A stretch of 64,000 nt of DNA from Phoronis australis. Taxonomy: Eukaryota; Animalia; Phoronida. The first letter of the stretch is position 1; each line of letters starts with the position of its first letter. Below the pieces are notes generated by a model, which did no database searches, was not told the DNA's origin, and worked only from the letters and a program-made list of their open reading frames with translations. Shown in pieces: positions 24,342 through 37,167 of this stretch. The translations under genes were made by a program, and so were the position numbers. The stretch is taken from positions 502,985 to 566,984 of the forward strand of contig NMRA01000008.1 in the NCBI GenBank assembly GCA_002633005.1. The letters are read 5' to 3'.

Positions 24342-25750
24342 GCTGGTGAACTGTTACTATTCATGCGGGATAATCTTTATGCACGAACGTTAGATTCTTG
24401 ATTTGAAAACTTTCGGCGAAGAAACACTAACTATTGCCGATTTTTTAAGAATTGACATTTTAAATAAATCGTGTTGTCGAACTAAGAGCATTGCACATTA
24501 GCAATTATTGAGAACAGGCCACCACAGACGATAATTTACGGAAAATCTTGTAGAGAACCTTCCTGTACTTATAACTGGTCCACTTCAAGACGAAAATTAT
24601 AATTATTTTGGTTACTTTTTGTTTCTCTCGCTCGGCGCACTGCAAAACATGCGTGGGACTCAAAGACATTTCATTTCAGTTATAACGAAACATTTTTGCA
24701 ATGAAAACTCAGATTTACCGGCGCACCTATCTGTTTCAGAGGCGTGCCGGTAGGGTGAGGGGAAAACCACAAACTTGTAAGTACGGTATTGTTGATTTAT
24801 TTTAATGTATTGATGCAAACAACGTATGCGTACACATGTTATTACTATGTTGTATTTTACATAAAAAATTGCTACGTAAAACTTCTGCCACACGAATGTT
24901 CCGCCGAGATTTGAATCATGGACACTAAATATTGTTCGTAGTTACAGTAATTCAACAGGTACATGAATTTTTATCGACCAATATTACTGATCTAATGCGG
25001 CCATGCTTGGTTCGCCGGACAGTGATGTTTTAAAACCTAGATGCGAAAAATAATTCAGATTCTCTGGGTAAATTCTTTTGCATTTTATCTTGACGTTGCG
25101 GAGCTGCCTTGGAGAATATTTCAAGACAGTGTTTCGAAAGGTTGGGAATTAAAAGTCGCATGAAATGAAGTACTTCATACTGGATTAATAATAATGTCCA
25201 TAGTCTAATCATATCGAACTAGTAATCCCGTGGCAACCCAAACTACATATTTTCAGTAAATTTTAAAGTGTGATTATACTTGGTACAAACTTTATTTAGG
25301 AACCAGCTGAGTTTGGGTTTCGATTAGAAACCTCAAACACCCGCCATGTCACTGCAAAGGCAGTCAGTTGAAAAATTGGTATTCAACCGATGTCCGGCGT
25401 GACGTGGCGACACACGAGAATGCATGCAAATTGTATTTATTTCTTAATGGTTGGCTGGGATATTAAAATCTTTTTTATGTTTTTCAACATTTGACTGTGA
25501 AGTGAAGCAGCTGATGTTGCCTCGTTTCAGCACACTCTACAGGTGTATGTATACAAGAGCTATTATTATTAATTCACATTCTCTGGGTAATGTCCGTAGT
25601 CTGAATATATCCCGTGGCAACGCAATCATTTAAAAGTACAATTTTGTGTTCGAGAGCTGTACACGCACTGTGTGTAATCGTATGTTCTCCTATTTTTAAG
25701 TATTTCAGTCGAACACCCGATTTGAAAGTCGAAGAAAAATCGTAAAAGTT

Positions 25751-25822
25751 AGGTTCCACCGAGACTTGAACTCGGATCGCAGGATTCAGAGTCCTGAGTG
25801 CTAACCATTACACCATGGAACC
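25751..25822 (-). tRNA. tRNA-Gln(CTG)
   Basis: Identical to 24270-24341; T4 run downstream. Confidence 0.97.
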
Positions 25823-27070
25823 AAACATAACGACACATAACAAGTAGGTCAATACTGTCATTCAGCTATTCATTAAGCAGCAGTCATTGGTTAGCTTTCA
25901 ACACCGTGAAAAATGGCGGACTGTGAACGATTTTTATTCTTGTCAAGCAAGTGGCGTCGCAGCAACCGTGACTCTTTCTTTTCAGAGTCTGCAGTGATGT
26001 TCAGTGGCCGCGTGCTTGAAACACATACATGTACAATAAACACATATCTGGCCGATTTAACTGGTGTGTTCTTCATACTGTATGAATACAGGACAGTATC
26101 GTAAACAAGTCATCGACAGTAGAAAGATGAATTCCGAAAGGGCGCAACCAAAATTTCTACTAGTATTCACATTTCCTGAACATAATTTTAAGCACCAATT
26201 TGTCTGTACAACAGACCACATTTACACTTCAGCCCATCAGTCATGCCAGCATAGACTATAGAGTATCTATGATGCCAGTTTGTTAGCGTAAGGCGCTGCC
26301 TGTTGAAAATTCGACTAGCCAATCAGAAACGCCGGTGTAAAAAAAAATTTCCTGAGCAAAATTAAGTGATACCTGCGTGTTGTTTCGGCTACCGCCCCAC
26401 CTAGCGGCACGCAGGGAACCAGCGAGTTCATTGGCTACCACGGCGCGAACATGCGGTGGCAAGATAACCACATGCCATTGCGTGTCTGGTCGTGAGATGG
26501 CGAGACCGGCTCGTTCACGCGTTTCGTCGGGCTCGCAAAATCATGTTATAGAAGGCCGAGAAGAAGTTTCATAATTCTGCCAAAAATAGTTTGTGACAAA
26601 CAACGTTTTTAATCGAGATTGGACGCCTTCAAAACTTTCAGGTTGTAAGCCATTTAGTAGTGAATGTGCCGATTAACAGGTAATGCGAATGATGCGGTCG
26701 AAAAATGAAATCGGCGCCGGGACCACCTTCACGAGGTAGTCTGACTCGAAATAACTTACTAAACAAGCTGAAGACGTTCCGCCTGAAAATGCAGAATTGC
26801 CCTCTGAAAAACATTTGGGCAACTTTAGTTTCAGTTGCACAAAATGGTCACAAATCGACATTCTTACTCAAATAAAATTTTCGATTAAGGATGTTATTTT
26901 CCAAATTTTAAATTTCGCCTTACAGTGAGCTCCGCTTCAAGGTTGTCGGCTACGTGGAACTCAAAGACATTTCATTTCAGTTATAACGAAACATTTTTGC
27001 AATGAAAAGTCAGTTTTACTGGCGCACCTATCTGTTTCAGAGGCGTGCCGGTAGGGTGAAGGGAAACCAC

Positions 27071-27212
27071 AAACTTGTAAGGACGGTATTGTTGATTTAT
27101 TTTAATGTATTGATGCAAACTTGTAAGGACGGTATTGTTGATTTATTTTAATGTATTGATGCAAACTTGTAAGGACGGTATTGTTGATTTATTTTAATGT
27201 ATTGATGCAAAC
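27071..27212. repeat. 46-bp tandem triplication
   Basis: AAACTTGTAAGGACGGTATTGTTGATTTATTTTAATGTATTGATGC x3; single copy in unit 1 (~24771). Confidence 0.95.
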
Positions 27213-28252
27213 GTATGCGTACACATGTCATTACTATGTTGTATTTTACATAAAAATTTGCTACGTAAACTTTCTGCCACACGAATGTTCCGCCGAGATT
27301 TGAATCATGGATACTAAATATTGTTCGTAGTTACAGTAATTCAACAGGTTCATGAATTTTTTTATCGACCAATATTACTGATCTAATGCGGCCGTGCTTG
27401 GTTCGCCGGACAGTGATGGTTTAAAATCTAGATGCGAAAAATAATTCACATTCTCTGGGGAAACTCACTTGCATTTTATCTTGACGTTGCGGGGCTGCCT
27501 TGGAGAATATTTCAAGAGAGTGTTTCGAAAGGTTGTGAATTAAATTTCGCTTGATACAGGATTAATAATCAATGTCCGTAGTCTGAATATATCGAACGAG
27601 TGATCCCGTGGCAACGCAAAGTACATATTTTCAGTAAATTTTAAAGTGTGACTGTACTTGGTACAAACTTTATTTAGGAACCAGCTGAGTTTGGGTTTCG
27701 ATTAAAGACCTCAAACATCCGCCATGTTATTGCAGAGGCAGTCAGCTGTCAAGCGTGACGTGGCGACACACGAGAATGCGTGCAAATTGTATTTATTTCT
27801 AAATGGTTGGCTGGGTTATCAAAATCTTTTTTTATGTTTTTCAGCATTAGACTGTGAAGTGAAGCAGCTGATATTGTCGCGTTTCAGCACACTCTATAGG
27901 TGCATGTATGCAGGGGTTATTACGTAACACGAACGTAAAGCGTGCCGATGAAGGGAACCTAATAGCTAAACCAAGTTACAAATGTTTTATGTCACTTCCG
28001 ATTTTTTCATACAAATGCTCAGCAGTTACTCACGGTATAGGTGATTGGTAAACATTCAGGGTTATTGATTAGTTTATTATTTCAAGAAATTGGAGTTAAT
28101 TTTGTGATTTTATTCCTTTAAGAATCGTTTAAATGTACAATTTTGTGTTCGAGAGCTGTACACTCACTGTGTGTAGACGTACGTTCTCTTATCTTTAAGT
28201 ATTTCAGTCGAACATCCTATTTGAAAGTCCAAGAAAAATCATATCAAAAATT

Positions 28253-28324
28253 AGGTTCCACCGAGACTTGAACTCGGATCGCAGGATTCAGAGTCCTGAG
28301 TGCTAACCATTACACCATGGAACC
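28253..28324 (-). tRNA. tRNA-Gln(CTG)
   Basis: Identical to the other CTG copies; T5 run downstream. Confidence 0.97.
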
Positions 28325-28494
28325 AAACATAGCGCCACATAACATGTAGGTCAGTATTATTATTCAGCTATTCATTAGCACGGCGCGAACTTGCAGTGGC
28401 AAGATAACCACATGCCATTCATTGCATGTCTGGTCGTGAGATGGCGAGACCGGCTCGTTCACTCGTTTCGCCGGGCTCGCCAAATCATGTTATA

Positions 28495-29022
28495 CAAGGT
28501 ACCTAAACTACACGGTCAACGGACTCAAAAACACGGGAACGGACGCATGAACACGACTCACGGACCGGCAAACACCGTCCACTGACTCACAAACACGGGA
28601 ACGGACTCACAAAACACGATCCACGCACCCAAATACACGGGACACGGACTCATATTCACGAGGAAACACGGTTAACGGACCGCCAAACACGGTCAACGGA
28701 CAAAATGTCAACTTCAGCGTTGACAGCTGTGTAATGGGTGCGAGATTAAATNCACAGTACAGACAAAAATAACATCAAAAATATATTTAATCTCGCACGC
28801 TGAAGTTGACATTTTGTCCGTTGACCGTGTTTGGCGGTCCGTTAACCGTGTTTCCTCGTGAATATGAGTCCGTGTCCCGTGTATTTGGGTGCGTGGATCG
28901 TGTTTTGTGAGTCCGTTCCCATGTTTGTGAGTCAGTGGACGGTGTTTGCCGGTCCGTGAGTCGTGTTCATGCGTCCGTTCCCGTGTTTTTGAGTCCGTTG
29001 ACCGTGTAGTTTAGGTACCTTG
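28495..29022. mobile_element. Young foldback MITE with ~226-bp near-perfect TIRs
   Basis: CAAGGTACCTAAAC...GTTTAGGTACCTTG; TTATA duplicated on both sides; the empty site CATGTTATAGAAGG is present in unit 1 (~26542). Confidence 0.93.
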
Positions 29023-29955
29023 TTATAGAAGGCCGAGACGAAGTTTTATAATTCCGCCGAAAATAGTTTGTGACAAACAACGTTTTAAATCGAGATTGAA
29101 CGCTTTTAAAACTTTCAGGTTGTAAGCCATTTAGTAGTGAATGTGCCGGTTAACAGGTAGCGAATGATGCGGTCGAAAAATGAAATCGGCGCCGGACCAC
29201 CTTCACGAGGTAACTTACTAAACACGCTGAAGACGTTCCGACTGAAAATGCAGAAATTGCTCTCTGAAAAATATTTGGGCAACTTTAAGTTTCAGTTGCG
29301 CAAAATGGTCACAAATCGACATTCTTACTCAAATAAAATTTTCAATTAAGGATACTATTTTTCTACATTTTGAATTTTGCGTTACAGTGAGCTCCGCGTC
29401 AAGGTTGTCGGCGGCCATGACAAACAAGACTGCAAATCATGCCTGGGAAACTCCAAGAAAATCACAGTCACAGTCCGTAATTGCGTAAATTTACGAGTAA
29501 AGGAAGTTGGACTGGAAATGTAGTCCAGGGTAGAGTTCAGTAACGCTGGCAAAGACTGCAGAGAAGGAATTGTTGACGTCCTTGACAGGACCCGGCCGGC
29601 AGCGTTACTGAACTCCACGACTTTTTTGTTGCAGTGACACCTGACGGCCACCCACTTGACGTTTCCTTGTAACTGTCCGATGTTTGCATGCTTTTTCCGT
29701 CGAATAATATGGGAATTTTTGGACCGAGTGTATCGACTAGTGAACATGTTATGACCGGTGTTTTTTCACACTATTTTATTTGAGATGCTTTGTTTCACCC
29801 GTTTCCTCTTCGATGAATGAGTGCAACTGTAGCACAAATTTGTGCCTGTCTAAATGCATTGAATTGAACCAAAACTATACTGAAAACTACAAAGGGCGGG
29901 AAACAACACAACGGTTTTTTCACATCCAAGTCTTGTACAGGCACAGAAAGACATG

Positions 29956-30017
29956 GAGAGAGAGAGAGGGAGGGAGGGGGAGAGGGAGAGGGAGAGTGAT
30001 AGGGATAGGGAGAGAGT
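29956..30017. repeat. GA-rich simple repeat
   Basis: Polypurine tract of GA/GGGAGA units. Confidence 0.8.
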
Positions 30018-31133
30018 ACAATACAGTATAACACAAGTAAGCAATAGAAGCAAAAGAAAATATCAGACTGTAATTATTACTTAGTATTCATATATTTGAT
30101 ATCCGTTGGAAGACTGCTATAAGAAATCAGCATCAGATTAATTTGAATAATTAAATAAACCCGACATCTTAGTAAAAAATGGTGCAGCTACATATGCACA
30201 CTTCGTGACAGACTACAATATAAGCAAATTATTATTAATTAAGAAGAAAACAAAAATCAGCAAATACTGTACAATTAAGATCGTCATGTTGTTTTCCAGA
30301 CCCCTCAAAATACGAAAAAGGGAATTTAATTCTAGGTTGGTAATAATCTATGTGAAAATTACTGAATTAACATACTGAATATTGCCCCGTGTATTCAGGC
30401 CGTCCTTATCCTATCCTACCACCCTCAGGCACTCTCCATTGCAATGGGTCTGCTAGAAACCTTAAAAGCGTTAAAATTTTTTAAAACTATAGGGTTCAGA
30501 ATTGTTTAGTGTGAGATTTCTATTTGGTATTTCAGTGTTATTTTGACGTGTTGGCAATTATCAGATAGACATGTGCCCTCCGGCTAGCGTTAAGGAACAC
30601 CAGATAATGGTATTACGTTATCAAAGTAAATAAGTGAGCGACAAATACCAAGAACAACAAGGCCGAAACAACAGTATTTAATGACATTGACCTCATAGTT
30701 AGGCATGCGCACTTAAGATGAACATCACTGCTGCCGTCGTTATTCTAATAGCAGTATAAAGCCTCCAAAACAACTAACCTCTGCGAAAATTAAAACGAAC
30801 GCCAGAGGGCACACTTGTATACTTTGAATTGTTGGACTGCAACTACTACATGGTACAAAATTCACAAAATGTTTAATGCAAATTCATAGGTAACAATAAA
30901 AACTCAATTCAGGTATTGAAGAAGCAGTAACGGTAACAACGACGTCACAGCAGTACACAGTTCAAATGCACGAAATTCGATTTGTTTTCTGCGAACTTTC
31001 ATACCTTGGACCACCCGTTGACAAAAACCCGCGCAGCAACCACCATTGTTCTAACGAAGGCATCGTTCTCAATCAGAGTATTATTCATGGAAAATAAGAG
31101 TATGCCGCCATATTGTGTGAAAAGAACGCTATA

Positions 31134-31376
31134 CATGAGCGCACCCTGCCTAAAACATAGGAGGGGGGAGGGGGTCAAATTTTTCGATATGCGGACCTTT
31201 CACTGAAAGAAATCAACGAGGACTAAAAAGAAAACGGGGCCACTAGGTTCAGACACACGAATTGTGCAGCCGCGCCAACTTCCCGTGGATTTTGTGAATT
31301 TTTGTCTGGGGGTACCTTTTTGCATCGGGGGGGGGGGGCTTGTTCGAGCCCCCGAGCCCCCCTGGGTGCGCCCATG
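31134..31376 (+). mobile_element. GC-rich hAT-like MITE family B
   Basis: CATGAGCGCACCC...GGGTGCGCCCATG TIRs; an inverted relative lies at 32445-32602. Confidence 0.7.
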
Positions 31377-32349
31377 TTATGTTTTCCACAATTTTTATTT
31401 GCGCAAAAATTACGACCAATTTACGACACGATATGACTGAAAGATGAAATTCCATCTTCAATTTTTCATAAAAGATGTGCAGCATCAATTTAATGCTTTA
31501 CCACGCTCAACATCTGTACCACAAAATATTTCGAAAAATCGAGGGCATTCGCAATAACATTAGGAAACCTTGCAAAACGAAAAAATAGTAATTTTGGAGA
31601 TTAATTTTTGTACTAAATCGGCATAGTTTACCGTACGGTAATGACGAATGTATGACTCATTACACTCGGTAAGGATGAAAGAAACCATAAACGTTTTCCC
31701 CTGCAGCTTGTTCCCGTACGATTTATTTCAGTAATTGGTGTTTTTCTTTTGCTTTCTTGAATGCAACAGCTAGACTGTGGGCCGGAGAGCAAAAGAAGCC
31801 ATCTAAAGTTGACACAGTAACCAGGCGTTATCTGCCTTTCTCTTCCCCGGCTATTTCTGGAAATGAAAAATAAAAGTATCAAAATTCGTGTTAATTGAAA
31901 TTATACAAACATGTCATCATCACCTAGGTGAACCAGTTTCGTATAGAATGAAGATGTACCATGTCAAGAACTGACTTTAAAAGCAACTGAGATAATTGTG
32001 TAGCATAAAATACGTGTACTTCATAGCAGCGTTGGAGGAACAATGAATTAAGAAGTAATTTATATTAATGCAATTTGTATTAATAAATGAGTGCACACTT
32101 CTTGACTGGACAAATATGTCACTTTACAAACGAACACAATTTTAGTGTTATCTACACGTATGTATTTCATAACAAGTCTCAGGCCATCATTATGCAATAT
32201 TTAACTTGATTCAGTCACATATTAATAATGAACAATTTGTTAACTGTACTACTAGAAAGGCTATTAATTAAGATCGACTACAATCCATGGAACTTTCAGT
32301 CGGCATATTTAGCACATCCAGAGTGTAATGTTTAATATATGATCACCTT

Positions 32350-32665
32350 ATTTAAGGGGGGAGGAGGGAGACAAGGGGGCCATAGCCCCTTAAAATTCTC
32401 CCAGATACCATTTGGCAATTCAGGATACGAGTTGCTGAATAGCGTATGCGCGCACCCAGGGGGGCTCGGAGGGGGGGGGGGGCGAATGCACAATGCATAG
32501 GCCTTGAACAAACCCCGTTTACCGTCTTTTTTTAGTAATAAGGTCCGCAAACCCAAAAATTGGAGCCACGCATCCCTACATTTTAGGCTGGGCGTGGGCA
32601 TGTGCCAAAATTCTGGTTCTTTCTGTGCCCTGCCCCCCAACTCAAAATCCTGGATCCGCCCCTGG
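32350..32665 (+). mobile_element. hAT-like MITE family A containing a nested inverted family B copy (32445-32602)
   Basis: Family A blocks TAAAATTCTCCCAGATACCATTTGGCA and AACTCAAAATCCTGGATCCGCCCCTG are separated by TATGCGCGCACCCAGG...AGGCTGGGCGTGGGCATG. Confidence 0.7.
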
Positions 32666-34938
32666 GATCAGAAACAGATGCAACTGAACCAGAATGCGAC
32701 ACCAGGAATTTCAATGCACCCACCAGTGACGTGAGGCGTATACCAAAACGAGAGACAACGAAGTGAAAACGATAAATAATAATTTTTCAGTTTTAAGATA
32801 AGCTTGTATAGTACAAGCGGGGACATGATAACAACTCGCCTCGGGTTTTTTTAAAAGAGAGTGCCAAAAACTGTAAAAGGTGAACCGCAACATTTCTTTT
32901 AGGGACATACCAAAACCAAAAAAAGAAATCGTAAAATTTAATTCCCTCGGAACTTTCGCATTTTAGATGAGCGTATTTTCTGCATCTTTGATGGAACCAA
33001 GTGAATAAATCTAGAGATGGGCCCTTGGAAAGTGTTGTTTTGAAAAAAAATCGTATAGACGCACAACTTACAGATTTTTCTCGGCAGTAAGATCAACTTG
33101 TCACTCGATTGTCCAGTTGAACTATTTACGCGACATGATAATTATGAACAAATTAGCCATGGCAAAAATAGAAGTATTAATTCAAGAGAAAATCGTTGCA
33201 TGATTTTGAGTGAATTCAAAATTTAACAACAAAAGTGAACACACTTACAGATTAATACAGCTTCAGTGTCCTCTAGATTGTCGTATTTTAAATTCAAGTT
33301 TTACTGAGGTTGTTTCTGCTAGCGAAATTTCGAGGAGTTGAATCGGCCATTTTGTAAAATATATTACTTTGTTTCGAGGAAAGACCACCATCAATTACGA
33401 ATTGATGTAACCGTGAAACGTTACCTTTTAAAATTTGCCTGAAGCGAAATTCCAAAAACACGACGATTTGGAAAAAATTCGAACACTTCTTGAGACTTTG
33501 TAAATAAGTCTATTATACTAATACTGACAAATGTATTCTAAATCATGACGAAAAATAAGTTCATTTAAAGTCGAACCTATTCAAGAAATGTTTAAATTAT
33601 CATCAAAATAACGAAAGAAGCATTAATCAAATACCCACTACATGTACTTAAAGTTTTTGATCGTTCCTTCGAAATGCCCGCAATTTCAGTGTATTTAGTG
33701 AATGCACTCCCGCATATTATAATATTCATTAAAATCAATTATAACAATAATAATATTACGCAGTTAACATGTTCGTTTCGTTTCTGTTTGCTTCTTTTTC
33801 AAGATAACTTGTAAAAGTAATGTCGACCAGGCGGCATTGAACCGAAAAGAGGTCGGTCACCGACAAGTTCTCTTTAATCACATTCAAATTTTTCTTAAAT
33901 CGTGTTGTTGCTTATCCAGCGAAACGAGGTCGAGGGTCATACATAGCGCGCTTAGTTGATGAAGGCGACGATAACTCGCTTTAGTTGTTTATTCATCCCT
34001 ATTTACTAGTAGAGACAGTTTGGCACTGTATTCAATACAGGTGTGAAAAATGATACCATAGCGATAATTCAGGTAGGAAACAGGATGCCAAATAGGCAGA
34101 AACAATACTTCGCCCTATCGGCGTCAAAGGCTCAAGGAGATAATCCCGTCCCCGTTACGAATGGGCAATACAAATCGGGGGCCTTGTTGTCTTTCACGGC
34201 CATTTAATCCTAGAACATCATGTTGAGAACATCCAAAGTGACCGGCGGCCGGCGTTCTTGAAGTTTCCCACAAGTGAAAGACATTAAAAGAAAATGACGG
34301 ATAGGGGTTCCATATAACCAGAATTTTGACGAAGACCCGGTCAGTAGAGCCTGTGACGACGCACGGGCCGTTCAAGAGACACACCAGCTAAAAACGAAAT
34401 AATAAATATTGACTCTGGCCATCGAGTTTACTGATATTGGGTAAGTACTGAATTTTAAAAACTTTATAACGAGGTTTTGATGCACTGAGCAGCACTGTAT
34501 TACGGATGGATGTTTTTAAAATGACAATTATTCAGAAAACGCGGTATCTCGAATGTTTTGTCAATTATAAGTATACATGCTTTCACGAAACGATTTAATA
34601 ATTTTTTTTTTGTTAAAATGTATTAAAAGAAGATACACCTGCCTTGGACTTCGCTTATTATTTCGCTTATTATTGTTTTTTTAAAAAATCAGAAAATCAA
34701 TGGGTAGTAAAGAACGTTCATAATGATGTTCATGTTGTAGTAGTTGTACTTGTGCCGCGAGCCGATGGTCTTGGGTACAAATAAACAATCCGACGAATGC
34801 CTTTAATTTATATGTGAATTAAAAGGTAAACATTAAATTAAAAACATATTATGGCGAATTTGTAACTCTTTTCCCATAATTTCCTATAAATTTGTTAATT
34901 GTAAAGAATTCATTTTTTTCTTTTTTCAGATTTTCATA

Positions 34939-35931
34939 ATGATGTCTAGTCACTCATTTCAAAATACAAGGGTTACCATAGATTTCATGCAACCACATCA
35001 GCACTACCCGTCAACTATCCATCACATACCAACCGTCACCATGACAACGAGTCTACACCACAACCAGAATCTTGACGACCCATACCTCGACAACAGAGAT
35101 CAGCCGCGGAATTACTCGCACGAGGGATTTGACATCCCTGGGCACGATTCTCGTTGCTGTTTGCTACCGGGATGCACGCTTAACACGGACTATCAGCCAC
35201 ATAACAGCGAAAAAAACTACGAGTCTAAAGTGAATGGTGTGAAAGTTGAAGATAATGTTGAAAATTTGCCGTCTTGTGCGTTCTCCGGCTCCAATGTACC
35301 GACCATCTCGTCTGTCCTAGCTGCCATGCAAAGCAACAACGCATCTGTCTACAATAGTCTACCAGTGATTTCCGGAAAACTCGCAGAAAAGATTCTCAAC
35401 GAAGATACTGACTCTGGGTACAATGCCCCCAATTTTACCCCGTCGCCAGTTTTACAAGAAATCCCCGTCGAAGAAGTTGAGTATTTTCTACAACCACCCG
35501 AAGAGGTTTTCGTAAAACCAGAACCTGTCGCAGTTCAACCCACAAAAAAAACAAACCCGATTTCAGAAAACTACGTTACATCCACGAAAACAAGCAAGAA
35601 TGAACACCAGTGTCCGGAGTGCGAGCGCGTCTTCAGCAATCAGTCGAATCTCCGCATCCATATGCGCGTACATACCGGTGACCGGCCCTACAAGTGTGAT
35701 TTCTGTAACAAGGCGTTTGCTCAACGTGCCACGTTGAACACGCACCGCCGAACGCACACGGGCGAGAAACCGTTCAAGTGTGACCAATGCATCAAGAGCT
35801 TCAGTGACCTTTCAACTTTCAACAAACACAAGAGGAAACACACAGGAGAGCGTCCCTACACGTGCACCATCTGTCAGAAGTCATTCACACAATCCGGTAA
35901 CATGCTTCGCCACATGAAGACGCATCGATAA
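34939..35931 (+). CDS. C2H2 zinc-finger transcription factor, four C-terminal fingers, Glass-like (330 aa)
   Basis: Four CxxC...HxxxH fingers with TG(D/E)(R/K)P linkers; splice acceptor at 34929 just before the ATG, likely non-coding exon donor GTAAGT at 34441, AATAAA ~36093. Confidence 0.92.
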   Translation: MMSSHSFQNTRVTIDFMQPHQHYPSTIHHIPTVTMTTSLHHNQNLDDPYLDNRDQPRNYSHEGFDIPGHDSRCCLLPGCTLNTDYQPHNSEKNYESKVNGVKVEDNVENLPSCAFSGSNVPTISSVLAAMQSNNASVYNSLPVISGKLAEKILNEDTDSGYNAPNFTPSPVLQEIPVEEVEYFLQPPEEVFVKPEPVAVQPTKKTNPISENYVTSTKTSKNEHQCPECERVFSNQSNLRIHMRVHTGDRPYKCDFCNKAFAQRATLNTHRRTHTGEKPFKCDQCIKSFSDLSTFNKHKRKHTGERPYTCTICQKSFTQSGNMLRHMKTHR

Positions 35932-36998
35932 AGGATAGGACTTTTTGTAAAGGACATAACGGTGATAAATGCTTTGGTTAAAGAACAGTTATATAAACGG
36001 TGTGTTGGTTCATCCTTTTAAAATTTCTATGAAGTGCATTTAACGATATTTAATTTAATTTATATTTATTTTTTGCATATCGTCTACCAAACAATAAACA
36101 TATATTTGTTCAATATATAATCATTCATTAGTGATTTTATTTACATAAATTAAGACGGTTTCGCTAATTTCAATTTTTTTTACTTTTCTGTTCTAGAACG
36201 AAGCGAACGTATCATGAGCCAACATAATAGTTAGGATCAGTTATAAATTCAGGTTCGTCACAGATCATAATCTACAGTATAAATAATCTGTTTCACTGAA
36301 AGACGTAAATTACAAACAACACGCCTTACAACTCACCACACTGTATTAAGAATAAAAAGCATACATTGTTTCCGTTTTGTTTTCAATTTTGCAAGTTTTT
36401 TATAATCACGTAACAAAGTTAGGGAAACAAAAATAGCACCAAGATGAGACTTTTTGAATCATAGTATCTTAATTTACAAATTAGTCCTCAACACACCGTT
36501 AGATAGATATGCAGACAGAACACTTTATTTTTAATCTGATGGAAACATACATAAAACATGTTGATATTACATATTATTTTACAACCACTACGCAGCACAC
36601 TCCAGTCAGTACAATGAATAATTATGATAGTAGAAATCATAAAACAATGCAATTTAAATTGAAACAAAAGCGATTTCAATAGCTAATAAATTGAATAAAC
36701 GAATAACAAATTTGCGAGATAAAACATTATGACAGGTCAAAAAATGCCTGTTTCCATAGTATTTTTATTTTCAGTGATGATAGGTGGTACAGAATATTTG
36801 CACTAAGTATTAAATATGATGCACGAGACAGTTTTCGACATTAATCTCCTAAAAAGGTGGAATCATTATCAAACACTAATTAATGTCGTTAGATGAACGT
36901 TTCTTTGAGTTGTAGTTACTGTACTACATTGTGTAGCACATTTTCTGAGTAGCAAAATCCATTGAGCATATACGACTCTTTTCATTATTGATTATCTT

Positions 36999-37167
36999 CA
37001 GAGGCGGATTTAGGGGCAGGGAGGGGGCAAGGGCGTCATTGCCCCCCCCCCTTAAAATTCTCCCAGATTCCATTTGGCAGTACGGGGGTGCGAATGTCTG
37101 ATGGGTAAAATCCTGACTAATACTCTGCCCTGGTCCCCCTTAACTCAAAATCCTGGATCCGTCCCTA
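36999..37167 (+). mobile_element. GC-rich hAT-like MITE family A
   Basis: CAGAGGCGGATTTA...ATCCTGGATCCGTCCCT; collinear with 14575-14726. Confidence 0.75.

Larger units (their letters stand above)
24652..29411. repeat. Tandem segmental duplication (unit 1 ~24652-26950; unit 2 ~26953-29411), each unit with one tRNA-Gln(CTG)
   Basis: Both units begin CGTGG.ACTCAAAGACATTTCATTTCAG and end TTACAGTGAGCTCCGC.TCAAGGTTGTCGGC; collinear apart from discrete indels. Confidence 0.92.

Noticed and set aside
29780-30053. ORFs with RE/GR or SL repeats
   Set aside because: Translations of a GA microsatellite.
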